Below, in pieces: positions 43,763 through 53,440 of a DNA stretch of 54,857 nt. Both the position numbers and the translations under genes were made by a program. The notes beneath the pieces are model-generated. The model did not search any database, had not been told where the DNA came from, and saw only the letters and a list, made by a program, of their open reading frames with translations. The first letter of the stretch is position 1, and the number at the start of each line of letters is the position of its first letter. This stretch comes from a virus (Duplodnaviria > Caudoviricetes), in the IMG/VR virus record IMGVR_UViG_3300020042_004711, positions 1 through 54,857 of that record. One strand, 5' to 3'.

Positions 43763-43939
43763 ATGGCAACCGTAAAACCCGCAGCTAAAGTAGTTAAGTC
43801 TTTAAAAAAGGCTGGGTTTTACGGCGCGAGCAAACCCAAGCGGTTGGGTATTATTAACAAAGTTACAACTAAACCTCAACGGATAGAAATGGTTGATAAA
43901 TTGTTTCTAGCCAAAAAAGCTAAAGGTAATCCAAAATGA
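43763..43939 (+). CDS. 58-aa basic protein (not in the ORF track)
   Basis: MATVKPAAKVVKSLKKAGFYG...; ATGA overlap with the next gene. Confidence 0.6.
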   Translation: MATVKPAAKVVKSLKKAGFYGASKPKRLGIINKVTTKPQRIEMVDKLFLAKKAKGNPK

Positions 43940-44358
43940 TGCCAAGCCGTGGAATGGGAGATATATCCCCAAGTAAAATGCCCGGTGCAAAGAAAAAAGC
44001 ACGTCGGGATGACACTGACTTTACCCAGTACAAAGAGGGTGGGCCTGTTGGCCTTTATGCCAACATTGCGGCTAAGCGAGCCAGAGGTGAAAAGATGCGT
44101 AAGGCAGGTTCTGCTGGTGCGCCCAAGAAGAGTGACTTTGTTAACGCTGCCAAGACCGCGTCGTATGCTGAAGGTGGTAAAACAAAGTCTAAGGTAAACG
44201 AGGCTGGCAACTACACTAAACCTGAGTTACGTAAACGCATCTTTAATGCTGTAAAAGCAGAGGCTACAGCGGGCACAGGCGCAGGGCAATGGTCAGCCAG
44301 AAAAGCACAAATGGTTGCACAACGTTACAAAAAAGCAGGCGGCGGTTATCGTGATTAA
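43936..44358 (+). CDS. Basic protein
   Basis: GLYANI, NYTKPELRKRI, GQWSARKAQ...YKKAGGGY. Confidence 0.7.
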   Translation: MMPSRGMGDISPSKMPGAKKKARRDDTDFTQYKEGGPVGLYANIAAKRARGEKMRKAGSAGAPKKSDFVNAAKTASYAEGGKTKSKVNEAGNYTKPELRKRIFNAVKAEATAGTGAGQWSARKAQMVAQRYKKAGGGYRD

Positions 44359-44587
44359 AGCCCCACAGCAATCCCTTAAAAACTGGGGCAAACAAGATTG
44401 GACAACTAAAAGTGGTAAAAAATCTTCTGACACAGGTGAAAGATACCTCCCAAAAGCTGCAATTAAAAGTCTTAGCCCTGCTGAGTACGCTGCGACAACG
44501 CGTGCGAAACGTGCTGGCAAAAAAGCCGGAAAACAATTCGTAGCACAACCTAAAGCAATAGCAAAGAAAACGGCAGGATTTAGATAA
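44351..44587 (+). CDS. Basic protein (DUF5872-like)
   Basis: QQSLKNWGKQDWTTKSGKKS...GERYLPKAAI; GTG start overlapping the upstream stop. Confidence 0.65.
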   Translation: MIKAPQQSLKNWGKQDWTTKSGKKSSDTGERYLPKAAIKSLSPAEYAATTRAKRAGKKAGKQFVAQPKAIAKKTAGFR

Positions 44588-45132
44588 TGGCTAAAAAATT
44601 TAGAAGCGTATTAGAAAAATACGATGCTAAAGGCAATCGTAATTTACCTACGGCTGAAGAACAAGCCATTGAACAAGACACTACGTTAGAGGGGTTACTT
44701 ATTGGCCCCGGTAGAGCCGCCGCTTCCGCAATAAAAAACGCAATAAATAAAAAAGCCCAATCGCGTAAGTTTGATACCCCAGAGATAGGATCATATTCAG
44801 AAATTAACCGCCGCCGCAACATAGATTTTCCCGGGAAATCACCAAAAGAAATTTTGACCGAACAAGAAGCGCGAGGCAATAAAGGCTCAATGATACGAGC
44901 CGCAGAGCGAGCCGCTGAAAAAGGTGTGCGTCGATCATATGGCGAATTTGGGGAATACGTTTTAAACAATAAAATAAACGCCGCTAAAGAAAAAGAGCAA
45001 GAAGGCGCTAGTGGTGGATTTACGTTTTCTGAAACGCCAAGTGATTTTAAAAAAGGCGGTAAAATTAAATCTGCTTCACGCCGTGGAGATGGGATTGCTC
45101 AGCGCGGCAAAACTCGCGGAAAGATGTACTAA
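44587..45132 (+). CDS. Protein with FKKGG and a DGIAQRGKTRGK tail
   Basis: Shared C-terminal motif; TAATG coupling. Confidence 0.65.
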   Translation: MAKKFRSVLEKYDAKGNRNLPTAEEQAIEQDTTLEGLLIGPGRAAASAIKNAINKKAQSRKFDTPEIGSYSEINRRRNIDFPGKSPKEILTEQEARGNKGSMIRAAERAAEKGVRRSYGEFGEYVLNNKINAAKEKEQEGASGGFTFSETPSDFKKGGKIKSASRRGDGIAQRGKTRGKMY

Positions 45133-45134
45133 AA

Positions 45135-46070
45135 ATGACCACTACTGGCTCAACCCTCTTTAATATGGACTTCACGGAGATCGCCGAGGAAGCGTGGGAG
45201 CGTGCGGGCCGTGAAATGCGTTCTGGTTATGACCTGCGTACAGCACGTCGCTCAATGAACCTGATGACTGTTGAGTGGCAGAACAAAGGCATCAACATGT
45301 GGACAATGGAGCAGGGAATCATTAACTTGACCCCCGGTTTAGCCACGTATGCACTGCCGACCGACACCATTGACCTTCTAGAACATGTAATCCGTACTGG
45401 ATCTAACACTGCTTCTACGCAAGCCGACTTAACCGTTTCACGCATTAGCGTCTCAACTTATGCAACTATTCCAAACAAGCTTAGCCAAGCTCGCCCAATT
45501 CAAGTCTGGATTCAAAGACTTTCTGGTGAAACTAACCCAACCAATTCGGTCTTGGTGGGCACGATTACGGCAACAGACACCACAATAACGCTTAGTACAG
45601 TAGTTGGTTTGGCCGGATCGGGTTTTATTCGGATTGATTCCGAAGATATTTACTATACCTTCGTTACAGGGAATACCCTAGGTGGTGTGTTCCGTGGTCA
45701 AAACTATACAACCGCAGTCGGGCACACAAGTGGCGCGGCTATATTTGTACCCCAACTTCCTGCTGTAACGCTATGGCCAACGCCTGATAACAGCACTCCG
45801 TACCAATTTGTGTACTACCGACTGCGTAGAGTGCAGGACGCTGGCGCTGGTGTTGAGACCGCAGATATGAACTTCCGCTTTTTACCGTGCCTTGTAGCTG
45901 GTTTGGCGTATCACATTGCAATCAAAGTACCTGAATTGATGCCCCGCATCCAGATGCTTAAACAGATTTACGACGAGACTTTTGAGATTGCCGCTGGTGA
46001 AGACCGTGAGAAAGCTCCGCTTCGCCTTGTTCCTAGGCCAATGTTTATTGGAAGTGGCGGGGGTTACTAA
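45135..46070 (+). CDS. Putative head-tail adaptor / tail tubular protein
   Basis: EEAWERAG...ARRSMNL...LWPTPD...GLAYHIA pattern; position in the late operon. Confidence 0.6.
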   Translation: MTTTGSTLFNMDFTEIAEEAWERAGREMRSGYDLRTARRSMNLMTVEWQNKGINMWTMEQGIINLTPGLATYALPTDTIDLLEHVIRTGSNTASTQADLTVSRISVSTYATIPNKLSQARPIQVWIQRLSGETNPTNSVLVGTITATDTTITLSTVVGLAGSGFIRIDSEDIYYTFVTGNTLGGVFRGQNYTTAVGHTSGAAIFVPQLPAVTLWPTPDNSTPYQFVYYRLRRVQDAGAGVETADMNFRFLPCLVAGLAYHIAIKVPELMPRIQMLKQIYDETFEIAAGEDREKAPLRLVPRPMFIGSGGGY

Positions 46071-46453
46071 TGGGTAATCGGTACGCATCCGGCAAGATAG
46101 CGATTGCTGAATGTGATCGCTGTGGCCAGCAATTTAGGTTAAAGCAGCTTAAGACTGAGATCATTAAGCAGCGTAAGTATGAGTTGTTGGTTTGCCCTGA
46201 ATGCTGGGATCCCGATCAGCCACAGTTGATGTTAGGTACGTTTCCAGTAGATGACCCACAAGCCCTACGTAACCCACGTAGAGATACAACGTATGTGACT
46301 TCTGGTGTTAACTCGGTTGGTAACTTGTCAGGTGGTTCACGAGATATTCAATGGGGCTGGAATCCAGTTGGTGGATCTAGTTTAAATGATGCAGGATTGA
46401 GACCAAACTACTTGGTGGCAACAACATTTGTTGGTACAGTAACGGTATCTTAA
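46070..46453 (+). CDS. Zinc-ribbon virion-module protein
   Basis: CDRCG...VCPECWD...PQ...DPQAL.NPR. Confidence 0.7.
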   Translation: MGNRYASGKIAIAECDRCGQQFRLKQLKTEIIKQRKYELLVCPECWDPDQPQLMLGTFPVDDPQALRNPRRDTTYVTSGVNSVGNLSGGSRDIQWGWNPVGGSSLNDAGLRPNYLVATTFVGTVTVS

Positions 46454-46464
46454 GGAGTTTAAAC

Positions 46465-46728
46465 ATGGCTACATTTAGCAAAAAGATGATGGGTAAAGAA
46501 GTTGGTGATGCCAAGGTCTATGCCAAACCACACACAATGACTGGTAAAGTTGTTAAAGCCACTGACAACCCCGGTTCTGGCCCTGACCACAGCGATGCCA
46601 ATACAGTCAATATGTCTGTTGGAAACATTTCTCGTCGCGCGCAGCCAGCAACTAAAACGTCTGGTATCAAGGTGCGCGGTACAGGCGCGGCTACTAAAGG
46701 TTTGATGGCTCGCGGCCCAATGGCTTAA
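46465..46728 (+). CDS. Small basic protein
   Basis: AAGGAG RBS; C-terminal RGTGAATKG motif. Confidence 0.7.
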   Translation: MATFSKKMMGKEVGDAKVYAKPHTMTGKVVKATDNPGSGPDHSDANTVNMSVGNISRRAQPATKTSGIKVRGTGAATKGLMARGPMA

Positions 46729-46735
46729 GGTTTAT

Positions 46736-47404
46736 ATGGCAACACTAGGTGCGTTGACTTACTCACAATTGGTAACTGCGGTAACTGACTACACGCAGAA
46801 TACCTTTGACACTACTGACATGAATACCATGATTCAGCAGGCGGAGCAGCGCATCTATAACACTGTACAACTGGCTAATTTACGTAAGACATCAAGTACT
46901 GCTTTAACACCAAGCGTAAATACTTTTAATGCGCCTACAGATCTGTTGTCTGTGTATTCTTTTGCTGTGATTAATGCAAGTGGAAATTATATTTACTTGC
47001 TCAACAAAGACCCAGCGTTCATGCAAGAGGCTTATCCTAACCCTGCTACAACAGGGATTCCAAAGCATTACGCACTTAACGGCCCCTCATCGCCTGTGAC
47101 TCAGTTGCAGTTTATTCTAGGGCCTACTCCTAGTTCTGCATTAGTCACAAACCTAAGTTATTTTATTATGCCCGAGTCGATTGTTACAGCGACAACCACA
47201 TGGCTTAGTGAGCATTTTAGTTCTGCGTTGTTGTACGGTACGTTGTGTGAAGCCGGTGTATACATGAAAAGCGGAATGGACGACGGCATGTACAAAATGT
47301 ACGAAGAACGATATGTTCAAGCTATTGCGCTTCTCAAGAACTTGGGCGATGGAAAACAACAGACGGATAGTTATCGTACTGAAACAAGGACTGTTGTTTC
47401 ATGA
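46736..47404 (+). CDS. Putative adaptor/connector protein
   Basis: TYSQL...QAEQRIY...GPTP...LLYGTLCEA. Confidence 0.6.
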   Translation: MATLGALTYSQLVTAVTDYTQNTFDTTDMNTMIQQAEQRIYNTVQLANLRKTSSTALTPSVNTFNAPTDLLSVYSFAVINASGNYIYLLNKDPAFMQEAYPNPATTGIPKHYALNGPSSPVTQLQFILGPTPSSALVTNLSYFIMPESIVTATTTWLSEHFSSALLYGTLCEAGVYMKSGMDDGMYKMYEERYVQAIALLKNLGDGKQQTDSYRTETRTVVS

Positions 47405-47817
47405 GTAGCATCCTTCAAACCCAGACAACCAGCTTTAAAAAAGAGCTGTATACGGGCGTTCATAACTTATCTACCAATACGTTAAAGATTGCTTTGTACA
47501 CGGCCGCGGTTGATTTAAACGAGGCTACTACTGTGTATTCTTCTGTAAACGAAGTAAGTGGTGGTGGGTATCCTCCCGGTGGTGTACCGTTGACTGGCGT
47601 AACAATCAATTCTTCTGGGTATACAGCTTTTGTAGACTTTGCTGATGTGGTGTTTAACGCATCCGTGACGGCTCGTTGCGCTTTAATTTACAACTTTACC
47701 CAAGGCAACAAATCTATCGCGGTGTTGGACTTTGGTTCGGACAAGACATCTTCCAATTTCACAATTACAATGCCTGCTAACACTGCTACGGCGGCGTTAA
47801 TTCGCAGTTCAAACTAA
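47401..47817 (+). CDS. Tail-associated structural protein
   Basis: SFKKEL...KIALYT...ALIYN...VLDFGSDK. Confidence 0.65.
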   Translation: MSSILQTQTTSFKKELYTGVHNLSTNTLKIALYTAAVDLNEATTVYSSVNEVSGGGYPPGGVPLTGVTINSSGYTAFVDFADVVFNASVTARCALIYNFTQGNKSIAVLDFGSDKTSSNFTITMPANTATAALIRSSN

Positions 47818-47826
47818 AGGTAGATC

Positions 47827-49509
47827 ATGCCAAGTACGTATACCACCAACTTAAAACTTGAACTAATACCAACCGGTGCGCAGTCTGGTGTGTGGGGTGT
47901 AACTACTAATGCTAACATGGGTAGCTCAAGCGCTACGCAATCTGGCTTAGAGCAAGCTATCGTAGGCACGGCTACGTGCGTAACGGCTGACTTTACGTCC
48001 AACGTAGCCACATACCTACTGACAGATACCAATGCGTCCCAGACCGCCCGTGCGTTTGTTTTAAACGTTACAGCTACTTTGACAGCCGCAGGGACAATCA
48101 ATGTTCCGGCCATCCAAAAGCCTTACCTTGTTTTTAACAACTCTGTTGGTGGGTTTGCTGTCACTGTTAAGGTTAGCGGCCAGACGGGTGTAAGCATCCC
48201 TAACGGCAAGAAAGCTTGGCTCTATAACACTGGTACAGACGTAGGCGTTGCGTTTGACTATGCGCCTTCTTTGGTTTTGGGTACACCCTTATTGCCTGCA
48301 TCTGGCGGTACAGGTATTAGTAGCCTTGGTACTGGGGTAGCTACATTCCTTGGAACACCAAGCAGTGCAAATCTTGCGGCTGCGGTAACAGATGAGACTG
48401 GCTCTGGCGCTTTAGTATTTGCAAACACACCAACATTGGTTACGCCTAATTTGGGTGTACCGTCATTTGCTACGTTGACTAGCGCAACGGGGCTGCCTTT
48501 AACAACAGGCGTAACGGGCACACTCCCTGTTGCCAATGGCGGTACAAGCCTAGCAACCCTCACGGCCAACAACGTCATATTAGGTAACGGCACATCAACA
48601 CCTTTGTTTGTAGCGCCTAGCACATCAGGTAATGTACTAACTTCCAACGGTACAACTTGGTCAAGTTCTGCTCCAGCCGCTGGCGGTATTGTTTACACAG
48701 CAGTCAAAACAGCTAACTACACAGCCGCAAACAATGATGGTGTTTTAACGAACACAACGGGCGGTGCTTTTACAGTTACTTTGCCTACAAGTCCATCAGT
48801 GGGTAATATTGTTATTGTGGTTGACTCGTTTAGCCAATGGGGAACAAACAACCTAACAATTGATCCTACGGCGTTAATTAAAATTGCTGGCAATACTGCT
48901 GGCGACACATTGACTTGTGATATTACAGGCGTAACTGTTACGCTTGTTTATACGGGTGCAGCTTATGGATGGAATGTTTCTGCACAGATTGGTGGAAATA
49001 GCGGCACGGTAGTCACTTTAACTGGCACACAGACGCTGACCAACAAGACCCTGACAACGCCAGTAATCTCAAGCATCAGCAACACTGGTACATTGACGCT
49101 ACCAACAAGCACAGACACATTAGTAGGTCGAGCAACAACCGACACACTGACCAACAAAACCGTTGAGGCTGGCACGTTTACCAACGGATATACAGAGGAA
49201 GTGTTTACTGGTAATAGCTCAACGGCTATCACGCTAGATTTAGCTAACGGCACAGTGCAAATCATTACCCTGACGGGCAATTGCGTGTACACATTCCCAA
49301 CGCCAGTAGCGGGTAAAAGTTTTACCTTGATACACCTACAAGATGCAACAGGCTCTCGCACAGTCACATGGCCTGCAACGGTTGATTGGCCTAGCGCAAC
49401 TGCACCAACTTTGACGGCTACTGCATCTAAGGCTGACAAGTTTGTGTTTACAGCCATTAGTGGCACAAGCTGGCTAGGGTCAGTGGCTGGTCAGAACTAC
49501 ACTGTTTAA
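47827..49509 (+). CDS. Tail fibre protein
   Basis: STYTTNLKLELI N-terminus; GGTG and TQTLTNKT fibre repeats; C-terminal QDATGSRTVTWP module. Confidence 0.8.
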   Translation: MPSTYTTNLKLELIPTGAQSGVWGVTTNANMGSSSATQSGLEQAIVGTATCVTADFTSNVATYLLTDTNASQTARAFVLNVTATLTAAGTINVPAIQKPYLVFNNSVGGFAVTVKVSGQTGVSIPNGKKAWLYNTGTDVGVAFDYAPSLVLGTPLLPASGGTGISSLGTGVATFLGTPSSANLAAAVTDETGSGALVFANTPTLVTPNLGVPSFATLTSATGLPLTTGVTGTLPVANGGTSLATLTANNVILGNGTSTPLFVAPSTSGNVLTSNGTTWSSSAPAAGGIVYTAVKTANYTAANNDGVLTNTTGGAFTVTLPTSPSVGNIVIVVDSFSQWGTNNLTIDPTALIKIAGNTAGDTLTCDITGVTVTLVYTGAAYGWNVSAQIGGNSGTVVTLTGTQTLTNKTLTTPVISSISNTGTLTLPTSTDTLVGRATTDTLTNKTVEAGTFTNGYTEEVFTGNSSTAITLDLANGTVQIITLTGNCVYTFPTPVAGKSFTLIHLQDATGSRTVTWPATVDWPSATAPTLTATASKADKFVFTAISGTSWLGSVAGQNYTV

Positions 49510-49517
49510 GGGCTATT

Positions 49518-51554
49518 ATGTTTTCAAGCAGTAGTTCACAGGTTAGCGTATTGACAACGCCCAAGGCATTGGCTATAGCTCACGATAATACGCCGTTTGT
49601 TACTGTTTACTCATGGGGTACAAGTGGGTTTAGGGGAACATACAGTAATCCAGCTACATTGCCTACTGGTAACGCAAATCAAGTAACTTTTAGTCCAGAT
49701 CAATCAGCTATTGCAGTAGCGCACGATACAACGCCGTTTATTTCAGCCTACCCTTGGTCTGGTAGTGGCTTTGGGACTAAGTATGCTAACCCCTCTACAC
49801 GTCCTACCGATAATGCAAAAGGTGTAGCATTTAGCCCAGATGGTTTAAATATAGCAGTAGCTCATAATTCAACGCCATTTATTTCAGCTTATCCGTGGTC
49901 AGGTTCTGGGTTTGGAACTAAGTATGCAAACCCCTCTACATTACCCGCTGGTGATGGAGTTGGTGTATCTTTTAGTCCTGATGGTTTAACTATTGCATTA
50001 GCTCACAATACAACGCCATTTATTTCTGCCTACCCTTGGTCAGGTTCTGGATTTGGAACTAAATACGCTGATCCAGCTACAATACCTACAGGCAATGGGT
50101 ACAGCGTAGCTTTTAGCCCTGATGGTTTAAATATTGCAATAGCTCATCAAGTAACCCCATTTGTTTCAGCCTACCCTTGGAGTGGCTCAAGTTTTGGAAC
50201 AAAATATTCCAATCCTGCTACATTACCCGGTAATGACGCATTTGGACTAGCCTTTAGCCCTGATGGTTTAGCTATTGCAATAGCAGGTCAAGGTTCACCC
50301 TTCATATTTGTCTACCCTTGGTCTGGAAGCGGTTTTGGCACTAAGTACGCTAATCCAGCTACGTCGCCTACAAGTTTTGGAGAAGATGTAGCGTTTAGCC
50401 CCGATAATTTAAATATTGCAGTAGCGCACCGAGACACACCATTTATCACCGCTTATCCGTGGTCTGGTAGTGGGTTTGGAACTAAATACGCCAATCCGAC
50501 TTTATTACCTAAAGGTAATGGAACTGGCTTAGCTTGGTCTACAGTAGGCGATGTAAAATACCCGCAGTTTCTGGCTGTGGCTCACAGTACAACACCATTT
50601 GTTACTGCTTATTCTTATGGTGGTGCTGGTTTTGGCACTAAATTTACCAACCCTGCTACACTACCAACTAACACTGGAAACGGCGTAGCTTTTAGTCCCG
50701 ATGGGTCAGCTATAGCTGTAGCTCATTCTGTGTCACCATTTGTTAGTGCCTATCCTTGGTCTAAAAGTGGTTTTGGAACAAAATATACTAATCCAGCTAC
50801 ATTGCCTACTGGTACAGGTCAGGGTATAACATTCAGCCCTGATGGCGCTAATATTGCTGTAGGTCATGCTACAACTCCATTTATTTCTGCCTATCCTTGG
50901 TCTGGCTCAAGTTTTGGAACAAAGTACACTAATCCCGCTACATTGCCTACAGGCGCTGGAAACGGCGTAGCTTTTAGCTCTGACGGGTCAAATATAGCAA
51001 TAGCTCACACTACAACACCTTTTATTTCGGCTTACCCTTGGTCTGGCTCTGCGTTTGGCACTAAATATTCTGACCCTGCTACGTTGCCAGTAAGCACTGG
51101 CCGTGGTGTAGCTTTTAGCCCTGATAGTTCTGCTATAGCAGTAGCGCATGATACAACACCATTTATTACAGCCTATCCTTGGTCTGGTAGTGGATTTGGA
51201 ACTAAATACGCTGACCCAACTACACTACCTGCTGGTAATGGATTTGGTGTATCTTTTAGCCCAGATGGTTCTGCTATTGTATTGGCTCATGCTATAGGAT
51301 CATTTATTACGGCTTACGCTTGGTCTGGTAGTGGGTTTGGAAGTAGGTATTCCAATCCAACAATACCCAGCGCCCAAGGAAATGGCGTAGCTTTTAGTCC
51401 CGATGGTTCTACAATAGCCACCGTTAATTCTGCAACACCATTTGTTGCAGCCTACCCTTGGAGTGGCTCTGGATTTGGAACTAAATACGCTAATCCCGCT
51501 GTCTTACCTACTGGTGTAGGAAATGGCGTAGCAATCACACAAATCACTACTTAA
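49518..51554 (+). CDS. Double seven-bladed beta-propeller (WD40/YVTN-like), probable receptor-binding tip
   Basis: 14 tandem ~47-aa repeats (IAVAH..TPFISAYPWSGSGFGTKYANPATLP..G.GVAFSPDG). Confidence 0.8.
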   Translation: MFSSSSSQVSVLTTPKALAIAHDNTPFVTVYSWGTSGFRGTYSNPATLPTGNANQVTFSPDQSAIAVAHDTTPFISAYPWSGSGFGTKYANPSTRPTDNAKGVAFSPDGLNIAVAHNSTPFISAYPWSGSGFGTKYANPSTLPAGDGVGVSFSPDGLTIALAHNTTPFISAYPWSGSGFGTKYADPATIPTGNGYSVAFSPDGLNIAIAHQVTPFVSAYPWSGSSFGTKYSNPATLPGNDAFGLAFSPDGLAIAIAGQGSPFIFVYPWSGSGFGTKYANPATSPTSFGEDVAFSPDNLNIAVAHRDTPFITAYPWSGSGFGTKYANPTLLPKGNGTGLAWSTVGDVKYPQFLAVAHSTTPFVTAYSYGGAGFGTKFTNPATLPTNTGNGVAFSPDGSAIAVAHSVSPFVSAYPWSKSGFGTKYTNPATLPTGTGQGITFSPDGANIAVGHATTPFISAYPWSGSSFGTKYTNPATLPTGAGNGVAFSSDGSNIAIAHTTTPFISAYPWSGSAFGTKYSDPATLPVSTGRGVAFSPDSSAIAVAHDTTPFITAYPWSGSGFGTKYADPTTLPAGNGFGVSFSPDGSAIVLAHAIGSFITAYAWSGSGFGSRYSNPTIPSAQGNGVAFSPDGSTIATVNSATPFVAAYPWSGSGFGTKYANPAVLPTGVGNGVAITQITT

Positions 51555-51568
51555 CATAAAGGAAAAAC

Positions 51569-51835
51569 ATGACAGATAAAATAGTTGAAACCCCAAAGAC
51601 CCGTGAAGAAATCTTGGCAATGTCTCTTGAAGCTCGTGAAGCAGAAGTCATGCACTACCAAATCAACATCGACAACTACACGTTAGCTTTTGAAGAAATT
51701 AGCAAGTTGCCGCCTGACGAACGACTTGAATTGGCGGCATTTACTGAGCAGTTGCACACTTTGTATGCCTCTGAAAAACTTGAACAGAAAAAAGCCAAGA
51801 TTATGTTGAACGTCATCAAACGACAAGTGGAGTAA
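51569..51835 (+). CDS. Hypothetical helical protein (possible fibre chaperone)
   Basis: AAGGA RBS; follows the propeller gene. Confidence 0.6.
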   Translation: MTDKIVETPKTREEILAMSLEAREAEVMHYQINIDNYTLAFEEISKLPPDERLELAAFTEQLHTLYASEKLEQKKAKIMLNVIKRQVE

Positions 51836-51838
51836 ATC

Positions 51839-52288
51839 ATGCACGCACTCATCGAAAACGGGGCTGTTAAGCAGTACCCTTATGGCCTTGGGCAACTAAA
51901 GGCCGCTAATCCATTGACTAGCTTCCCTGCTCAAGCCACCGATGAGATGCTGTCTTCATTTGGTGTTGAGCGTGTGTTCTTTGCAACACCACCAGAATTG
52001 ACGAACACTCAAGTGCTAGTAGAAGGCACTCCAGTAATTGCTGACAACCGATGGACTCAAGTCTGGACTGTTCGTGACATGACTACCGATGAAGTGACAA
52101 GCCGCAACGATGCACAAGCCGCATCTGTTCGTACCGAGCGAAACGACAAGCTGGTTGCATCCGATTGGACTCAGCTTTCTGATAGTCCTGTAGACAAAGC
52201 AACATGGGCTACATATCGCCAAGCATTGCGTGACATTACGGTTCAATCAGGTTTTCCTTGGACAATCACTTGGCCCACACAGCCCTAA
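51839..52288 (+). CDS. Tail fibre assembly chaperone
   Basis: RNDKLVASDWTQL...WATYRQALRDI...GFPWTITWP. Confidence 0.8.
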   Translation: MHALIENGAVKQYPYGLGQLKAANPLTSFPAQATDEMLSSFGVERVFFATPPELTNTQVLVEGTPVIADNRWTQVWTVRDMTTDEVTSRNDAQAASVRTERNDKLVASDWTQLSDSPVDKATWATYRQALRDITVQSGFPWTITWPTQP

Positions 52289-52302
52289 TATAAGGATCAA
52301 TC

Positions 52303-53106
52303 ATGGCTACAGTAGCACTATCTGGAATCATCACGCCTAGCAATGTTGTCACGGCAACAAGCACAAATACGCTTACGAATAAGACCATTGCCTACGGAAG
52401 TAACACACTTACTGATGTAGTAGGGGTTACAGCAACACAGACGCTGACCAACAAGACTTTAACTGCCCCAACCATTGCATCAGCAAATTTAACCACAGCC
52501 CTGACCCTTGCTGGTGCAGCTGGCACTAATGGACAAGTTCTTACAAGTGCTGGTTCTGGTTTGCCTACTTGGTCTACACCTAGTTCTGGTGCATTGGTCT
52601 TTATTTCAAGCCAAACAGTGACAACAACTGTTGCCTCTGTAGATTTTACAAGTGGAATTGATGCAACGTATAACAATTACTACGTTGTGTTTTCAAATTT
52701 TAGGTTGTCAGCAAGTAGCAGATTGAGACTTCGTTTAAGGCAGTCAACTACTTTTGTTAGTGCTGACTATGTAAACTTACATTTAAACGTGCAAACTGGT
52801 TCAGTGATTACTTCTGGTTTTAGCACAACTGATACTTTTTTGATGGCTAATGCTGGCGGGGCTCCCGACACAAATTCGTATTGGAGTGGAAACTTTACTC
52901 TGTCATCTGCCAACACTGGCGGCAGGAGAGGCCCGGTTGTAAATGGGTATTCTGGCTGCGTTGGAGATACAGGGGCATCTAGCACGATACAAAGTTTTAC
53001 CGGGGGCATTGACGTTGCAGGTGTTATTACAGGTTTTCAATTTTTAGCGACTACCGGCAATTTAACTGCCGGAACAGTGGCTCTTTATGGAATTAAAACA
53101 TCATGA
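52303..53106 (+). CDS. Second tail fibre/spike-like protein
   Basis: TLTNKT repeats, GTNGQVLTS, C-terminal beta domain ending LYGIK. Confidence 0.7.
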   Translation: MATVALSGIITPSNVVTATSTNTLTNKTIAYGSNTLTDVVGVTATQTLTNKTLTAPTIASANLTTALTLAGAAGTNGQVLTSAGSGLPTWSTPSSGALVFISSQTVTTTVASVDFTSGIDATYNNYYVVFSNFRLSASSRLRLRLRQSTTFVSADYVNLHLNVQTGSVITSGFSTTDTFLMANAGGAPDTNSYWSGNFTLSSANTGGRRGPVVNGYSGCVGDTGASSTIQSFTGGIDVAGVITGFQFLATTGNLTAGTVALYGIKTS

Positions 53107-53342
53107 AAATTCTTGAAAACGGCGTTGTTCGGGACGCTACACCCTCCGAAATTGCTCAACGTGAATTGGACGAATTGGCTCAGTCCGAAAAAGATAAAAC
53201 ACGCTATCAACGTGACAGAGCCAATGAATATCCACCAATGTCTGATTACCTTGACGGCATTGTTAAGGGCAATCAAGCGCAAGTGCAAGCGTACATTGAT
53301 GCTTGTTTAGCGGTTAAAGAAAAATATCCAAAACCTAACTAA
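53103..53342 (+). CDS. Putative fibre-associated chaperone
   Basis: YQRDRANEYP...YLDGIVK...VKEKYPKP. Confidence 0.65.
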   Translation: MKILENGVVRDATPSEIAQRELDELAQSEKDKTRYQRDRANEYPPMSDYLDGIVKGNQAQVQAYIDACLAVKEKYPKPN

Positions 53343-53344
53343 TC

Positions 53345-53440
53345 ATGTGGGACTGGGCTGAAGCATTGATTGCCGCAGCCTGCCTTGTGGCCTTCGTCAT
53401 CTTTGGCACGTACATGATTGCATGGAGTTGGATGTGGTAA
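53345..53440 (+). CDS. 31-aa hydrophobic peptide
   Basis: MWDWAEALIAAACLVAFVIFGTYMIAWSWMW; stop abuts the next ATG. Confidence 0.5.
   Translation: MWDWAEALIAAACLVAFVIFGTYMIAWSWMW

Noticed and set aside
49518-53106. Diversity-generating retroelement acting on the fibre genes
   Set aside because: No reverse transcriptase in the window; repeat differences are not adenine-specific
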